Shown: one piece after another, positions 54,331 to 63,592 of the stretch
How positions within the stretch are numbered: the stretch's first letter is position 1
How the letters are laid out: the number at the start of each line of letters is the position of its first letter
Origin: Caldilineaceae bacterium
Lineage (GTDB): Bacteria; Chloroflexota; Anaerolineae; Caldilineales; Caldilineaceae
DNA: 64,000 bases
Assembly (NCBI GenBank): GCA_040381095.1
Contig: JBEIHV010000001.1
Span: forward strand, 32,951 to 96,950
Reading direction: 5' to 3'
The notes under the pieces: generated by a model
Seen by the model: only the letters and a program-made list of their open reading frames with translations
What the model was told of the DNA's origin: nothing
The model's database searches: none
Made by a program: the position numbers and the translations under genes

Positions 54331-55248
54331 TCAGTTGCCGGTCACGCCATAGAGGCGTTCCATCAGGTGATTGGTCATCACCTCTTCGGGAGCCAGCGCG
54401 CGGTCGAGCAGCCCATACTGCTGCAGATAGCCGATGCTGCCTTCCCAGCGTGTACGCTCCATCCAGCCGAGCCGTTCCATTCCGACAGCACCGGCAAAAA
54501 TGGGCTGCATCGCCACCAGCATGCGTTCTTGCAGGGAGGGGGACGCCCCAGGCAGGTACTCGGCAGCTATCAGCTCAGCGCTGCGCGCAGGGTCCGCAAA
54601 GGCTGCACGCCACCCGGCAAAGGTCACATGCAGAAAGGCTTCGAGCATCTCCTCTTCCTGCTCGATCAGCCAGTCGGTGGTTGCAATCACCTGCGAATAG
54701 ACGTTGTAGCCCAGATCGTAGCCGCGGATGGTGCTGACCGCGTGGCCTGCCGCTTCCAGTTCGAGTGGTTCGACCATCAAGAGGCACTGCATGGCATCAA
54801 AGGTCCCGCTGGTCAGCAAGTCAGCGTAGTCGTAGCCCACTTCGACGACTTCCAGGTCCGAGCGGGTCATGGCTGCACTGGCCAGCGCCAGCTCGATGGC
54901 CGCTTCGCCGTCGCGGTGGATCCCCAGCCTGCGCCCGCGCAGGTCAGCGATCGAGCGGATTCCGGCTTGCGCCAGCGACATCCAGCCGATCCCTGAAAAT
55001 TGCATCATCGTCCCGATCGCCCGCACCGCTGCGCCGCTGCCGCGCGCCCGGATCAGCAGATTGTCCTCCGTGCTGACCACCAGCGCCTCTTTGCGCTGGA
55101 GCGCATCCATCTGGTTGGTACAGGCTTCCCAGCCGGCAATCTGCAGGTCGATCCCAGCCCGGCGATACCATCCTGCGCTCTGTGCCCACAAAATACCGGC
55201 AAACTGGGCATTGGGCAGCCAATCCAGCTGGATTGTCAGTGAAAACAT
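54331..55248 (-). CDS. NMT1/THI5-like protein without a signal peptide
   Basis: The ATG at 55248 gives MFSLTIQLDWLPNAQFAG, the typical N-terminus of the NMT1/THI5 fold. The upstream 138 aa of the listed ORF are not protein-like. Confidence 0.65.
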   Translation of the reverse strand: MFSLTIQLDWLPNAQFAGILWAQSAGWYRRAGIDLQIAGWEACTNQMDALQRKEALVVSTEDNLLIRARGSGAAVRAIGTMMQFSGIGWMSLAQAGIRSIADLRGRRLGIHRDGEAAIELALASAAMTRSDLEVVEVGYDYADLLTSGTFDAMQCLLMVEPLELEAAGHAVSTIRGYDLGYNVYSQVIATTDWLIEQEEEMLEAFLHVTFAGWRAAFADPARSAELIAAEYLPGASPSLQERMLVAMQPIFAGAVGMERLGWMERTRWEGSIGYLQQYGLLDRALAPEEVMTNHLMERLYGVTGN

Positions 55249-55558
55249 GGCCGAACTCTTTCTTTGGGGTGCTGGGTTGCTGTTTTGAAATACTGGTTGA
55301 TACGCCAAACAATATCTTAAAGCCTTTTTCGTCATTCTGGGGGGGAATCGGGTTTTTGTCAACAGGACAAATTGCACAAACTTACAGCCATCTGGGTTGG
55401 ACAACCTGCTCGAAAGGGGGCCAACGCTGCACACAGACTGGGCAGATGTTGAGTGTTCGCGTCTTTCTCTATACAATGGGGGCATACGGGCCCACACGCA
55501 CCAACCCTGTTGCCCGCTGTGGGGCGGAGAAGTCGTTGTCAGGAAAGCGAGGTGAGCG

Positions 55559-56551
55559 ATGTTGTTAGCCGGGGATATTGGGGGAACCAAGACCCATCTG
55601 GCCCTGTTTTCGCTGGCGGCTGGGCCGCGGCGGCCGGTAGCAGAAGCTGTTTTTTCCAGCACAGCCTATCCAGACCTGGCCAGCATGGTGCGCGCGTTCA
55701 GCGCCCAGACCCAGCTGCCGATCGAGCATGCCTGTTTCGATGTGGCGGGCCCTGTGATGGCCAACCGAGCCCAGCTGACCAATTTGGGGTGGGAGGTTGA
55801 TGCAGCGGCCCTGGCAGACGAACTGCGGCTTCGGCGGGTCTGGTTGCTCAACGATCTGCAGGCCACGGCCTACGCTGTGCCGCAGCTGGCTTCCTCTGAC
55901 CTGGAGACGCTCCACCGTGGCGAGGCGGCCGAGTGTGGTGCCATTGCGGTCGTGGCCCCGGGCACCGGGTTGGGCGAGGCATTTTTGGTCTGGGCTGACG
56001 GCGCGTACAGGGCGTATGCGTCTGAGGGGGGGCACACCGATTTTGGCCCGCGCGATGCGCTCCAGGTTGAGCTGTTGAACTTTCTGTCTGCCCGGTTTGG
56101 CACTGTCAGCTACGAGCGGGTCTGCTCGGGCATCGGCATTCCCAATCTGTATGATTTTTTGCGAGAGAGCGGGCGTTGCCCGCCGTCGTCGACGTTGGAG
56201 GAGCAGCAGGCAGGGACCAGCGACCGCACCCCCTGGATCGTCCAGGCTGCGCTGGATCCTCTGCAGCCCGACCCGCTCTGCCGAGCCACATTGGAGCTCT
56301 TTGTCGACGTGTTGGGCGCCGAGGCGAGCAACCTGGCACTCAAAGTTCTGGCGACTGGCGGCGTCTATCTGGGGGGCGGCCTGCCCCCACGCTTGCTGCC
56401 TTTGCTCGCGTCGGGCCGTTTTCTGGCTGCGTTTGCAGCCAAAGGCCGTTTTTCTGAATTGATGCAAAAAATTCCGGTGCATGTGATCCTGACCCAGGCA
56501 GCTCTGATCGGCGCTGCACGCTATGGGTTGGAGCAGATGGGCTCGGTGTAG
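55559..56551 (+). CDS. glk: glucokinase
   Basis: 330 aa. MLLAGDIGGTKTHLAL, NDLQA, GTGLGEA and GGVYLGGG are Glk-family motifs. Confidence 0.9.
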   Translation: MLLAGDIGGTKTHLALFSLAAGPRRPVAEAVFSSTAYPDLASMVRAFSAQTQLPIEHACFDVAGPVMANRAQLTNLGWEVDAAALADELRLRRVWLLNDLQATAYAVPQLASSDLETLHRGEAAECGAIAVVAPGTGLGEAFLVWADGAYRAYASEGGHTDFGPRDALQVELLNFLSARFGTVSYERVCSGIGIPNLYDFLRESGRCPPSSTLEEQQAGTSDRTPWIVQAALDPLQPDPLCRATLELFVDVLGAEASNLALKVLATGGVYLGGGLPPRLLPLLASGRFLAAFAAKGRFSELMQKIPVHVILTQAALIGAARYGLEQMGSV

Positions 56552-56564
56552 AAAGGAGCGCCTC

Positions 56565-57281
56565 ATGGCAACCGCCCCTCTGACGGAGGATCCGGCGGCT
56601 CACTTCAAAAAGGCAGCTGGCGAATATGCGGCCAACCTGGTCGAAGCTGGGATGGTGGTCGGGCTGGGCACCGGCAGCACCGCAATCCATGCTGTGCGCC
56701 GCATCGCTGCCCGCCTGCACGCCGGGGAGCTGCCGGGGGTGGTCGGGGTTGCGACGTCGCTTGGGACCTTGCAGGCCGCGCGTGAGCTCGGGATTCCACT
56801 GCTCGACGACGACCTGCCGCGTGCGGTCGACATCACGATCGACGGCGCCGACGAGGTTGACCCGGCCTTCAACGCGATCAAGGGGGGAGGAGGTGCACTG
56901 CTGCGTGAGAAGATCGTGGCACAGGCCAGCTGCCGTCTGGTGCTTGTGGTCGACGAACGAAAGCGGGTCCCCCAGCTGGGAACGACCTGGGCGCTTCCGG
57001 TCGAGGTGATGCAGTTTGGCAGCAGTGCCCAGCTGCGTTTTCTTGCCGAACTGGGGGCTGCGGTGCGGCTGCGCCGACAGCCAGACGGCAGCCCCTTTGT
57101 GACGGACAACCACAACTGGATTGTCGACTGCCGCTTTGGCCCGATCGCCGACCCAGCCGGGCTGGCCCAGCAGCTGGGGGCCCGGGCCGGCATTGTCGAG
57201 CATGGTCTTTTTTTGGGCCTGGCCGATGACCTGATCGTCGCCGGCAGCAGCGGGATCTGCCACCTGGCGGCGTCGGGCTGA
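56565..57281 (+). CDS. rpiA: ribose-5-phosphate isomerase A
   Basis: The ATG at 56565 follows AAAGGAG. Motifs GLGTGSTA, TIDGADEVD, KGGGGALLREK. Confidence 0.92.
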   Translation: MATAPLTEDPAAHFKKAAGEYAANLVEAGMVVGLGTGSTAIHAVRRIAARLHAGELPGVVGVATSLGTLQAARELGIPLLDDDLPRAVDITIDGADEVDPAFNAIKGGGGALLREKIVAQASCRLVLVVDERKRVPQLGTTWALPVEVMQFGSSAQLRFLAELGAAVRLRRQPDGSPFVTDNHNWIVDCRFGPIADPAGLAQQLGARAGIVEHGLFLGLADDLIVAGSSGICHLAASG

Positions 57282-57363
57282 AACGAAGATCCTGGCCAGA
57301 AGAATGACAGCGGCGCTCGGCTGTCGAGTGCTGCTGCGGAGTGCAACCGAGGAGGGGTGCGCA

Positions 57364-57768
57364 ATGTGGAAACGATTGGATCATGTGGGCATCGTTGTCC
57401 ACGACTTGGAGCAAAGTTTGCAGACCTATTGTGGTCTGCTGGGGTTCACGCTGTTGGAGCGGGTGGAGATCGCCGAGCAAAAGGTGGTGGCTGCCTTTCT
57501 CGACGGGGGCAACAGCACTGTGGAGCTGATCTCCCCGACCGACGGCGAGAGCGGCACGGCGCGCTTTCTGGCCAGCCGTGGGGAGGGCACCCACCATCTC
57601 TGTTATGAGGTAGAGGATCTCGTGGCGGCGCTGGCGGCGCTGCGTGCGGCCGGGGTCCGGCTGATCGACGAACAGCCGCGGCAGGGGGTGCACGGCCTGG
57701 TCGCTTTTGTCCATCCCAAAGCGACGCAGGGGGTACTGATCGAGCTTCTGCAAAAGGGACACCGGTGA
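57364..57768 (+). CDS. mce: methylmalonyl-CoA epimerase (VOC/glyoxalase fold)
   Basis: The ATG at 57364 follows GAGGAGGGG. Motifs LDHVGIVVHDLE, GTHHLCYEVEDL, FVHPKATQGVLIELLQ. Confidence 0.8.
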   Translation: MWKRLDHVGIVVHDLEQSLQTYCGLLGFTLLERVEIAEQKVVAAFLDGGNSTVELISPTDGESGTARFLASRGEGTHHLCYEVEDLVAALAALRAAGVRLIDEQPRQGVHGLVAFVHPKATQGVLIELLQKGHR

Positions 57769-58184
57769 CGAAGATGCAACAAAATTCCACACCCCTGGCG
57801 GTCGAACAGTGTTGGGCGCGCCTGCGCAATGTGATCGACCCGGAGATTTACCAGAACATTGTAGATCTGGGGTTGGTCTATGCCGTCGAGGTCGGCGCAG
57901 ATCAGGCGGTGACTGTCACGATGACATTGACCACCCCGCACTGCCCGTTGGGGCCTCAGATCATCGAAAACGTCGAGAACGAGCTCAAGGCGGCCGGCGC
58001 CAGCAGCGTACAGGTGGCGATTGTCTGGACGCCAGCCTGGACCCCGGATGCCATGACCGACGATCTGAAGCGGGTGCTTGGCATCTTGCCTTCTGCGCAG
58101 GAGGAGGAAGCGGATCGGGAGGTCGAGCCACCCGCACCTCCTGTCAAAAAGAAACGCGGGCTGTTGGGGTGGCTCTTCCGCTGA
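57765..58184 (+). CDS. DUF59/SufT-like Fe-S cluster assembly protein
   Basis: GTGA overlap with the upstream gene. Motifs VIDPEI..NIVDLGLVY, and TLTTPHCPLG with the conserved Cys. Confidence 0.8.
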   Translation: MTKMQQNSTPLAVEQCWARLRNVIDPEIYQNIVDLGLVYAVEVGADQAVTVTMTLTTPHCPLGPQIIENVENELKAAGASSVQVAIVWTPAWTPDAMTDDLKRVLGILPSAQEEEADREVEPPAPPVKKKRGLLGWLFR

Positions 58185-58259
58185 AGCTATGCTCGAAAAA
58201 ACATCTGCCCGCTCACGCCGCCATCGTTTTCTTGCCCTCCTCTGGCTGACGACGCTTGG

Positions 58260-58790
58260 ATGGGGGGGTTGTATGGTGGGGTGGGCTGGCTGCTTTGGCG
58301 GCAAGGGATCGCTGGCTGGGGGATGTTGCACTCGGTGCTCTTTGGTACCAGCATCGTGCTGGGGGGAGTGGCTCTGGTGTGCTGGAGAGCAGCTTTTGCA
58401 AGTCGCCCCCAGACACGTCGGCGTTGGAAGGCGCTTCGGCAGGAACAAATTGCCGAGTTGTCGCCCAGTGATTTTGAGGCGTACGTCGCCGACCGGCTGT
58501 TTGCACAGCGTGGCTACCGGGTTCACAACACGCGCGACACCAAGGATGGCGGCATCGATGTCTTGATCACCGATCGGCTGGGTCAGAAGGCGATCGCACA
58601 GTGCAAACGGTACAGCAACACGGTCGGTGCCGGTGTCGTGCGCGAGCTGTACGGCACGATGATCCACGAACAGGCAGCGTTTGCCTACCTGGTCACGAGC
58701 GGGGCGATCAGCAAAGATGCGCGTAAATGGGCGCAGGGCAAGCCGATCGAGCTGATCGACGGCAAAGAGTTGGAAGGGCTCAGCAAATAG
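58260..58790 (+). CDS. membrane-anchored Mrr-cat (restriction-endonuclease-fold) protein
   Basis: Two N-terminal TM helices, then FEAYVADRL...DGGIDVLI...AIAQCKRY (a PD-(D/E)xK core of the Mrr type). Confidence 0.75.
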   Translation: MGGLYGGVGWLLWRQGIAGWGMLHSVLFGTSIVLGGVALVCWRAAFASRPQTRRRWKALRQEQIAELSPSDFEAYVADRLFAQRGYRVHNTRDTKDGGIDVLITDRLGQKAIAQCKRYSNTVGAGVVRELYGTMIHEQAAFAYLVTSGAISKDARKWAQGKPIELIDGKELEGLSK

Positions 58791-58806
58791 AAGGGAAAGA
58801 ATTCTG

Positions 58807-59544
58807 ATGACAGCGATTTTTGCGCATCGTGGCGCGCGGTGTGTTGCGCCCGAAAATACTCTTCCAGCCTTTGCCATTGCCCTGGAGATGGGGGTGGCGG
58901 GCATTGAATTGGATGTACATCGCAGCGCTGACGGCCAGCTGGTGGTGATCCACGATTTTACGGTCGAGAAGACTACCGACGGCCAGGGTGCTGTCGATGC
59001 GCTGAGTGTGGCTGAACTGCGCCGACTGGATGCGGGCAGCCATTTCAGCCCAGCTTTTGCCGGCGTGCAGATCCCGCTGCTGGAAGAAGTGCTGGACCTG
59101 GTGGGCGACCGCTGCCTGCTCAACCTGGAGATCAAGAGTGTCCACCCGTATGCCGAGGATGCCTCAGCGTCTGTGGCCGCTCTGATCCGCCAGCGCAACC
59201 TGTACGGCCAGGTTCTGGTTTCCAGCTTCAACCCGGTCACGCTGATCAAACTGCGCCATCTGGACCCGCGTATCCGGCTGGGAATGCTCTACGACGAATC
59301 GATGCCGCCGTTTTTGCGTCAGGTGTGGGCTGGAGCGCCGATCGTGCCCGAAGCCCAACACCCACACTTTTCGTTGGTCGATGCCAGCTTTATGGAGTGG
59401 GCGCGTGGTTTGCCGGCTGAGGTCAATACCTGGACGGTCAACACCGTGGAAGAAGCCCGCCAGCTGGCTGCGCTCGGGGTCGACATTCTCATGACGGACG
59501 TGCCCGATCTGATTTTGGCTGGAATGGGGGGGGCATTGCCGTGA
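58807..59544 (+). CDS. glycerophosphodiester phosphodiesterase
   Basis: Motifs [34 protein letters not shown] and LNLEIK are GDPD-family motifs. Confidence 0.88.
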   Translation: MTAIFAHRGARCVAPENTLPAFAIALEMGVAGIELDVHRSADGQLVVIHDFTVEKTTDGQGAVDALSVAELRRLDAGSHFSPAFAGVQIPLLEEVLDLVGDRCLLNLEIKSVHPYAEDASASVAALIRQRNLYGQVLVSSFNPVTLIKLRHLDPRIRLGMLYDESMPPFLRQVWAGAPIVPEAQHPHFSLVDASFMEWARGLPAEVNTWTVNTVEEARQLAALGVDILMTDVPDLILAGMGGALP

Positions 59545-60464
59545 CGGCCACCGCACCGGGCAAGATTATTCTGGTGGGCGAGCATGCAGTGGTCTACGGC
59601 CGCCCTGCCATTGCAGCGCCTGTCTGGCAGTGTGTGGCCACAGCCACGATCCGGGCCGCAGCGCCAGGGGCTGGCTGCACCCTGCATGCACACGACACGG
59701 GCCAGCAGCTGCGTCTGGACGAAGGCTCGGTCGAAGAACCGCTGCTCCTCGTGGCGAGGCTGGCCCTGGCGCAGCTGGGCTTGGATCGGCCAGACTGGCA
59801 GATCGACCTGCACAGCGACATTCCAATGGCCAGCGGACTGGGCAGCGGTGCGGCGCTGAGCACTGCGCTGGTGCGGGCGATCTTTCGCCAGGCCGGGCGC
59901 GAGATAGACCCGGCCACGCTCAGCGCGCTGGTCTATGAGAGCGAGCGTTTCTATCACGGCACACCGAGCGGGATCGACAATACCGTGGTGGCCTATGGGC
60001 AGCCGATCTGGTTTGTCAAAGATGCTGCTTTTCAACCGGTTCATCCAGGCTGCGCGCTGACCCTCGTCATCGCTGACAGCGGCGTCCGCAGTCCGACCAA
60101 AGAGACTGTCGGCGATGTCCGCACGGCCTGGCTGCAGGCGCCGGCCCGCTACGAGGCGATCTTTGACGCGATCGGGGAGACTGTGGTGCAGGCCCGTCTG
60201 GCCATGGAGCGGGGAGATCTGCCGGGGCTGGGCACTTTGTTGGACGCCAACCAGGGTTTGTTGGAGGAACTGGCCGTCAGCAGTGTTCTGCTGCGAAGGT
60301 TGATCGATGTCGCCCGAGCTGCCGGGGCACTCGGTGCCAAACTGAGCGGCGGCGGCCGTGGTGGCAACGTGATTGCGCTGGTTGAACCTGCGGCAGTCGA
60401 CCCTGTATGCGCCGCCTTGAGGGCTGCTGGAGCTGCCCGCGTGCTTGTTACCCGAATCGAGTAG
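59541..60464 (+). CDS. mvk: mevalonate kinase (GHMP family)
   Basis: GTGA overlap with the gdpD-like gene. Motifs [16 protein letters not shown], the GHMP motif [16 protein letters not shown], and [14 protein letters not shown]. Confidence 0.85.
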   Translation: MTATAPGKIILVGEHAVVYGRPAIAAPVWQCVATATIRAAAPGAGCTLHAHDTGQQLRLDEGSVEEPLLLVARLALAQLGLDRPDWQIDLHSDIPMASGLGSGAALSTALVRAIFRQAGREIDPATLSALVYESERFYHGTPSGIDNTVVAYGQPIWFVKDAAFQPVHPGCALTLVIADSGVRSPTKETVGDVRTAWLQAPARYEAIFDAIGETVVQARLAMERGDLPGLGTLLDANQGLLEELAVSSVLLRRLIDVARAAGALGAKLSGGGRGGNVIALVEPAAVDPVCAALRAAGAARVLVTRIE

Positions 60465-60483
60465 ACCGGCTTCTACAAAAGCA

Positions 60484-61272
60484 ATGCGCGACCGGAGTCT
60501 GTACCGAATCACCTATGTCGGCCACGCCACGGTGTTGATCGAGGTTGGCGGCGCGCGGATTTTGACGGACCCTGTGCTGCGTTATCGCATCGTCCATCTG
60601 CGCCGGCGCCGTTCCCCCCTGCTGACAGTCTGGCACGAACAGATCGATGCGGTGTTGATTTCCCACCTGCATTACGACCACCTGGATCTGCCTTCGCTGC
60701 GCCAGGTGGGGCTGTCGACCCGGCTGCTGGTGCCTCTGGGTGCTGGCACACTGCTGCGCCAGCATGGATTTACCAACGTGGAAGAGCTGCGAGCCGGGGA
60801 ACGCACCGTGGTCGGTGGGGTGCCCGTGAGTGCCGTTGCGGCCAACCACAACGGCACACGCGGCCCTTTGGGGCCGACTGCAGAATGTCTGGGCTTTGTC
60901 GTTGGCAGTGGCCGGCAACGCACCTACTTTGCCGGGGACACCGATCTGTTTCCTGCGATGCACCAGTTGGAAGGACAGGTGGATGTCGGCCTGTTGCCTG
61001 TGTGGGGGTGGGGACCGACCCTCGGCCCAGGACATCTGGACCCCTACGGTGCCGCCCAGGCCTGCCAGCGGATCAAACCGCAGGTTGCAGTGCCGATCCA
61101 CTGGGGCACCCTCTATCCGATGGCCCTCCACAGGCTGACGCGGGCATTTTTGATCGACCCCCCCCTGCTCTTTCGCGAGTTTATGCTGCGTATGGCCCCC
61201 CAGACCGATGTTCGGATTTTGCAGCCCGGCGAACATTTCGAGCTTGCACCGGGGCTCGTCCGAGGAATCTGA
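60484..61272 (+). CDS. MBL-fold metallo-hydrolase
   Basis: The ATG at 60484 gives MRDRSLYRITYVGHATVLIEVGGARILTDP. ISHLHYDHLD metal motif. The listed ORF starts at GTG 60445. Confidence 0.8.
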   Translation: MRDRSLYRITYVGHATVLIEVGGARILTDPVLRYRIVHLRRRRSPLLTVWHEQIDAVLISHLHYDHLDLPSLRQVGLSTRLLVPLGAGTLLRQHGFTNVEELRAGERTVVGGVPVSAVAANHNGTRGPLGPTAECLGFVVGSGRQRTYFAGDTDLFPAMHQLEGQVDVGLLPVWGWGPTLGPGHLDPYGAAQACQRIKPQVAVPIHWGTLYPMALHRLTRAFLIDPPLLFREFMLRMAPQTDVRILQPGEHFELAPGLVRGI

Positions 61273-61439
61273 TCGCAGACAGAAACGCTTTCACCCGGCT
61301 CAGCCGCTTCAACACTCGAGGGCGATGGCTCGACCCAGAGAACGTGCCAGGGAACTGCTGCAAGGTTTGGTTCGTTTTTGTGTAAACAATCTGTGCAAGA
61401 ATCTGATACGGCGACGGCTGGAAAGGAATTGACAACTCC

Positions 61440-63581
61440 ATGAGCATCCGCAACAGCGGCCCCTCTTCAAGACGTTGGGCTCGTCTTCTTGTTTTCGGAG
61501 GAGGCGCACTTCTCCTGCTGTTGGTTGGCTATGTGATCGGGGCAACTCTGTTCCCGCTGGTCGAGCCAGCTGTACCGGCTGCTGTCCAGACGGTGGAGCC
61601 CTCCACCGTGCAGGTCGATGCGACATTGATCCCAACGTTCACGCCGTCACCGGCGACCGCAGAGGCTCTGCCCGCCGCCATACTGACCGACACCGCCACT
61701 GCAACGAACCTCCCTGCGACACCGATCTTGATCGTCGTGACCGCTGTACCGTCGCCGACAGCCACGGCAACCCCTCTGCCAACCTCAGTGCCGGAGATAC
61801 CCACCAGCCTGCCACCTGCTACGGAGACACCGATCCCGACCCCGCTGCCCACGGCAACCTGGACGGCCATCCCGACCTGGACGGCCACCTCGACCCCGCT
61901 GCCCACGGCAACCTGGACGGCCATCCCGACCTGGACGGCCACCTCGACCCCGCTGTCCACGGCAACCAGCACCCTGACGGCCATGCCGACCCCGCTGTCC
62001 ACGGCAACCAGCACCCTGACGGCCACCTCGACCCCGCTGCCCACGGCGACCAGCACCCTGACGGCCACCCTGACGGCCATGCCGACCGGGGCGCCGACCG
62101 GGACGCCGACCGAGACACCGACCGAGACACCGACCGGGACACCGACCGAGACACCGACCGAGACACCGACCGAGACACCGACCGGGACACCGACCGGGAC
62201 GCCGACCGAGACACCGACCGAGACACCGACCGGGACACCGACCGAGACGCCGACCGAGACGCCGACTGCTCAATGGCAATTTGGCGCGGAACCGTCTACA
62301 ACCGCCTTTGTGAATCAGCGCTATGCCTACACCGTCACTTTTGTCTTGTCGTCGGCCCCAGCGACTGCGGAGCCGACTGCGGAGCCGACCGCGGAGCTGA
62401 CTGCGGAGCCGACTGCGGCGCCGACCGCTGAGTCGACTGCGGAGCCGACTGCTGAGCCGACCGCTGAGTCGACTGCGGAGCCGGCCGCGGAGCCGACCGC
62501 TGAGCCGACTGCGGAGCCGACCGCGGAGTCGACCGCGGAGTCGACCGCGGAGCCGACCGCAGAGCCGACCGCGGAGCCGACCGCAGAGCCGACCGCGGAG
62601 CCGACCGCAGAGCCGACCGCGGAGCCGACCGCGGAAGCTGCGCCTACCCCAGAATCAGGCGAAGAGGTTGTCGATGAAACGTCTGGAAGCGACGAAGAGC
62701 AGGTGCCAGCTGCGTCGGGTGCACTGGAGTTGACTGCAGCCGTGCTGCCTGGCTGGCTGCAGCTGGCTCCAGCTGACGACACTGCCTGGCTGTTGTCTGG
62801 GATTCCGCTTGCAGAGGACGTCGGCGAACACCTGGTCGAACTCGTGGCTACCGATGCTGCTGGGGTGACCATCACCCAGACATTTGTGATCAGCGTGGCC
62901 TTGGACCCGGAACCTTTCCAGCTCGGAGCGTTGAATTTTACAATCGACGAAGATGAACCTCTGCAGGCTACGCTGTCGGTGACCCATGTCGAGGCTGCCG
63001 TACTTACCTTTAGCGTTCTCCAAGATCCTGGACAGGGGACCCTGAGCGAATTTGACGAACTGGTCGGCACCTTCACCTATGTGCCTGCGCCGGATGCTGT
63101 CGGCGACGATTTTTTTACTGCTGCAGCCAGCGACGAACTGGGCCGCACGGTCACGCTGCCAGTCACCGTCACCGTGGCTGCAGTCAACGATCCTCCTCAG
63201 ATTTTTCTGGAAGAGACCTACACGGTTGCAGTGGACAGCCGTGTAGCGGTAGCGGTTGTGGTCACCGATGTCGAAACTGATGAAGTTGCGGTGGAGGTAG
63301 CAGCGCTGCCGACCGGGCTGGTCTACGATACTGAGCGTGGGCTTATCACGGGTACGGTTGCGGCGATCGAGGCTGGCCCTTATGTTGCGCTGGTGACGGC
63401 TACGGACAGCCAGGAGGCGACGGCTGAACGCACTGTCACTTGGGTCGTCGAAGCCAGTCTTCCTCCTGAACTTTTGCCGGAGGTGCCTGTCGAGGATACG
63501 CCGGAACCTGCTGCCTCTCCGGTCGCCGATGGCAACGAAATGCCAGCATCGGAAGAGACCGCCGAGCCAAAAGAAAACTGA
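61440..63581 (+). CDS. signal-anchored, highly repetitive surface protein with Thr/Pro and Ala/Glu/Pro/Thr linkers and cadherin-like / He_PIG-type Ig domains
   Basis: 713 aa. N-terminal TM (LLVFGGGALLLLLVGYVIG), TPTETP/TPTGTP and AEPT arrays, then Ig-like units (LP.GL......G.I.G....G.Y...V.ATD; VNDPPQI). Confidence 0.75.
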   Translation: MSIRNSGPSSRRWARLLVFGGGALLLLLVGYVIGATLFPLVEPAVPAAVQTVEPSTVQVDATLIPTFTPSPATAEALPAAILTDTATATNLPATPILIVVTAVPSPTATATPLPTSVPEIPTSLPPATETPIPTPLPTATWTAIPTWTATSTPLPTATWTAIPTWTATSTPLSTATSTLTAMPTPLSTATSTLTATSTPLPTATSTLTATLTAMPTGAPTGTPTETPTETPTGTPTETPTETPTETPTGTPTGTPTETPTETPTGTPTETPTETPTAQWQFGAEPSTTAFVNQRYAYTVTFVLSSAPATAEPTAEPTAELTAEPTAAPTAESTAEPTAEPTAESTAEPAAEPTAEPTAEPTAESTAESTAEPTAEPTAEPTAEPTAEPTAEPTAEPTAEAAPTPESGEEVVDETSGSDEEQVPAASGALELTAAVLPGWLQLAPADDTAWLLSGIPLAEDVGEHLVELVATDAAGVTITQTFVISVALDPEPFQLGALNFTIDEDEPLQATLSVTHVEAAVLTFSVLQDPGQGTLSEFDELVGTFTYVPAPDAVGDDFFTAAASDELGRTVTLPVTVTVAAVNDPPQIFLEETYTVAVDSRVAVAVVVTDVETDEVAVEVAALPTGLVYDTERGLITGTVAAIEAGPYVALVTATDSQEATAERTVTWVVEASLPPELLPEVPVEDTPEPAASPVADGNEMPASEETAEPKEN
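61841..62080 (+). repeat. coding tandem repeats: a 54-bp unit twice, then 42-bp-type variants
   Basis: CCCGCTGCCCACGGCAACCTGGACGGCCATCCCGACCTGGACGGCCACCTCGAC is repeated at 61841 and 61895 (PLPTATWTAIPTWTATST), followed by PLSTATSTLTAMPT-type units. Confidence 0.85.
62081..62267 (+). repeat. coding 18-bp tandem array (TPTETP/TPTGTP)
   Basis: ACCGAGACACCGACCGGG-type units are repeated about 10 times. All three sense frames and the antisense frames are open. Confidence 0.9.
62361..62636 (+). repeat. coding 12-bp tandem array (AEPT/AEST)
   Basis: GCGGAGCCGACC-type units are repeated about 23 times with point variants. Confidence 0.9.
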
Positions 63582-63592
63582 ACAGTCGTCGT

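Noticed and set aside
61475-62431. Alternative-frame ORFs through the repeat region (DRDTDRDT.. and RCLGRCPGR.. translations).
   Set aside because: They are a by-product of tandem repeats that are open in every frame. Only the 61440..63581 frame links a signal anchor to folded Ig-like domains.
62081-62636. Regularly spaced short direct repeats that could superficially suggest a CRISPR array.
   Set aside because: The units are 12 and 18 bp and contiguous, with no spacers. They sit inside a single long ORF encoding TPTETP and AEPT linkers. No cas genes are present.
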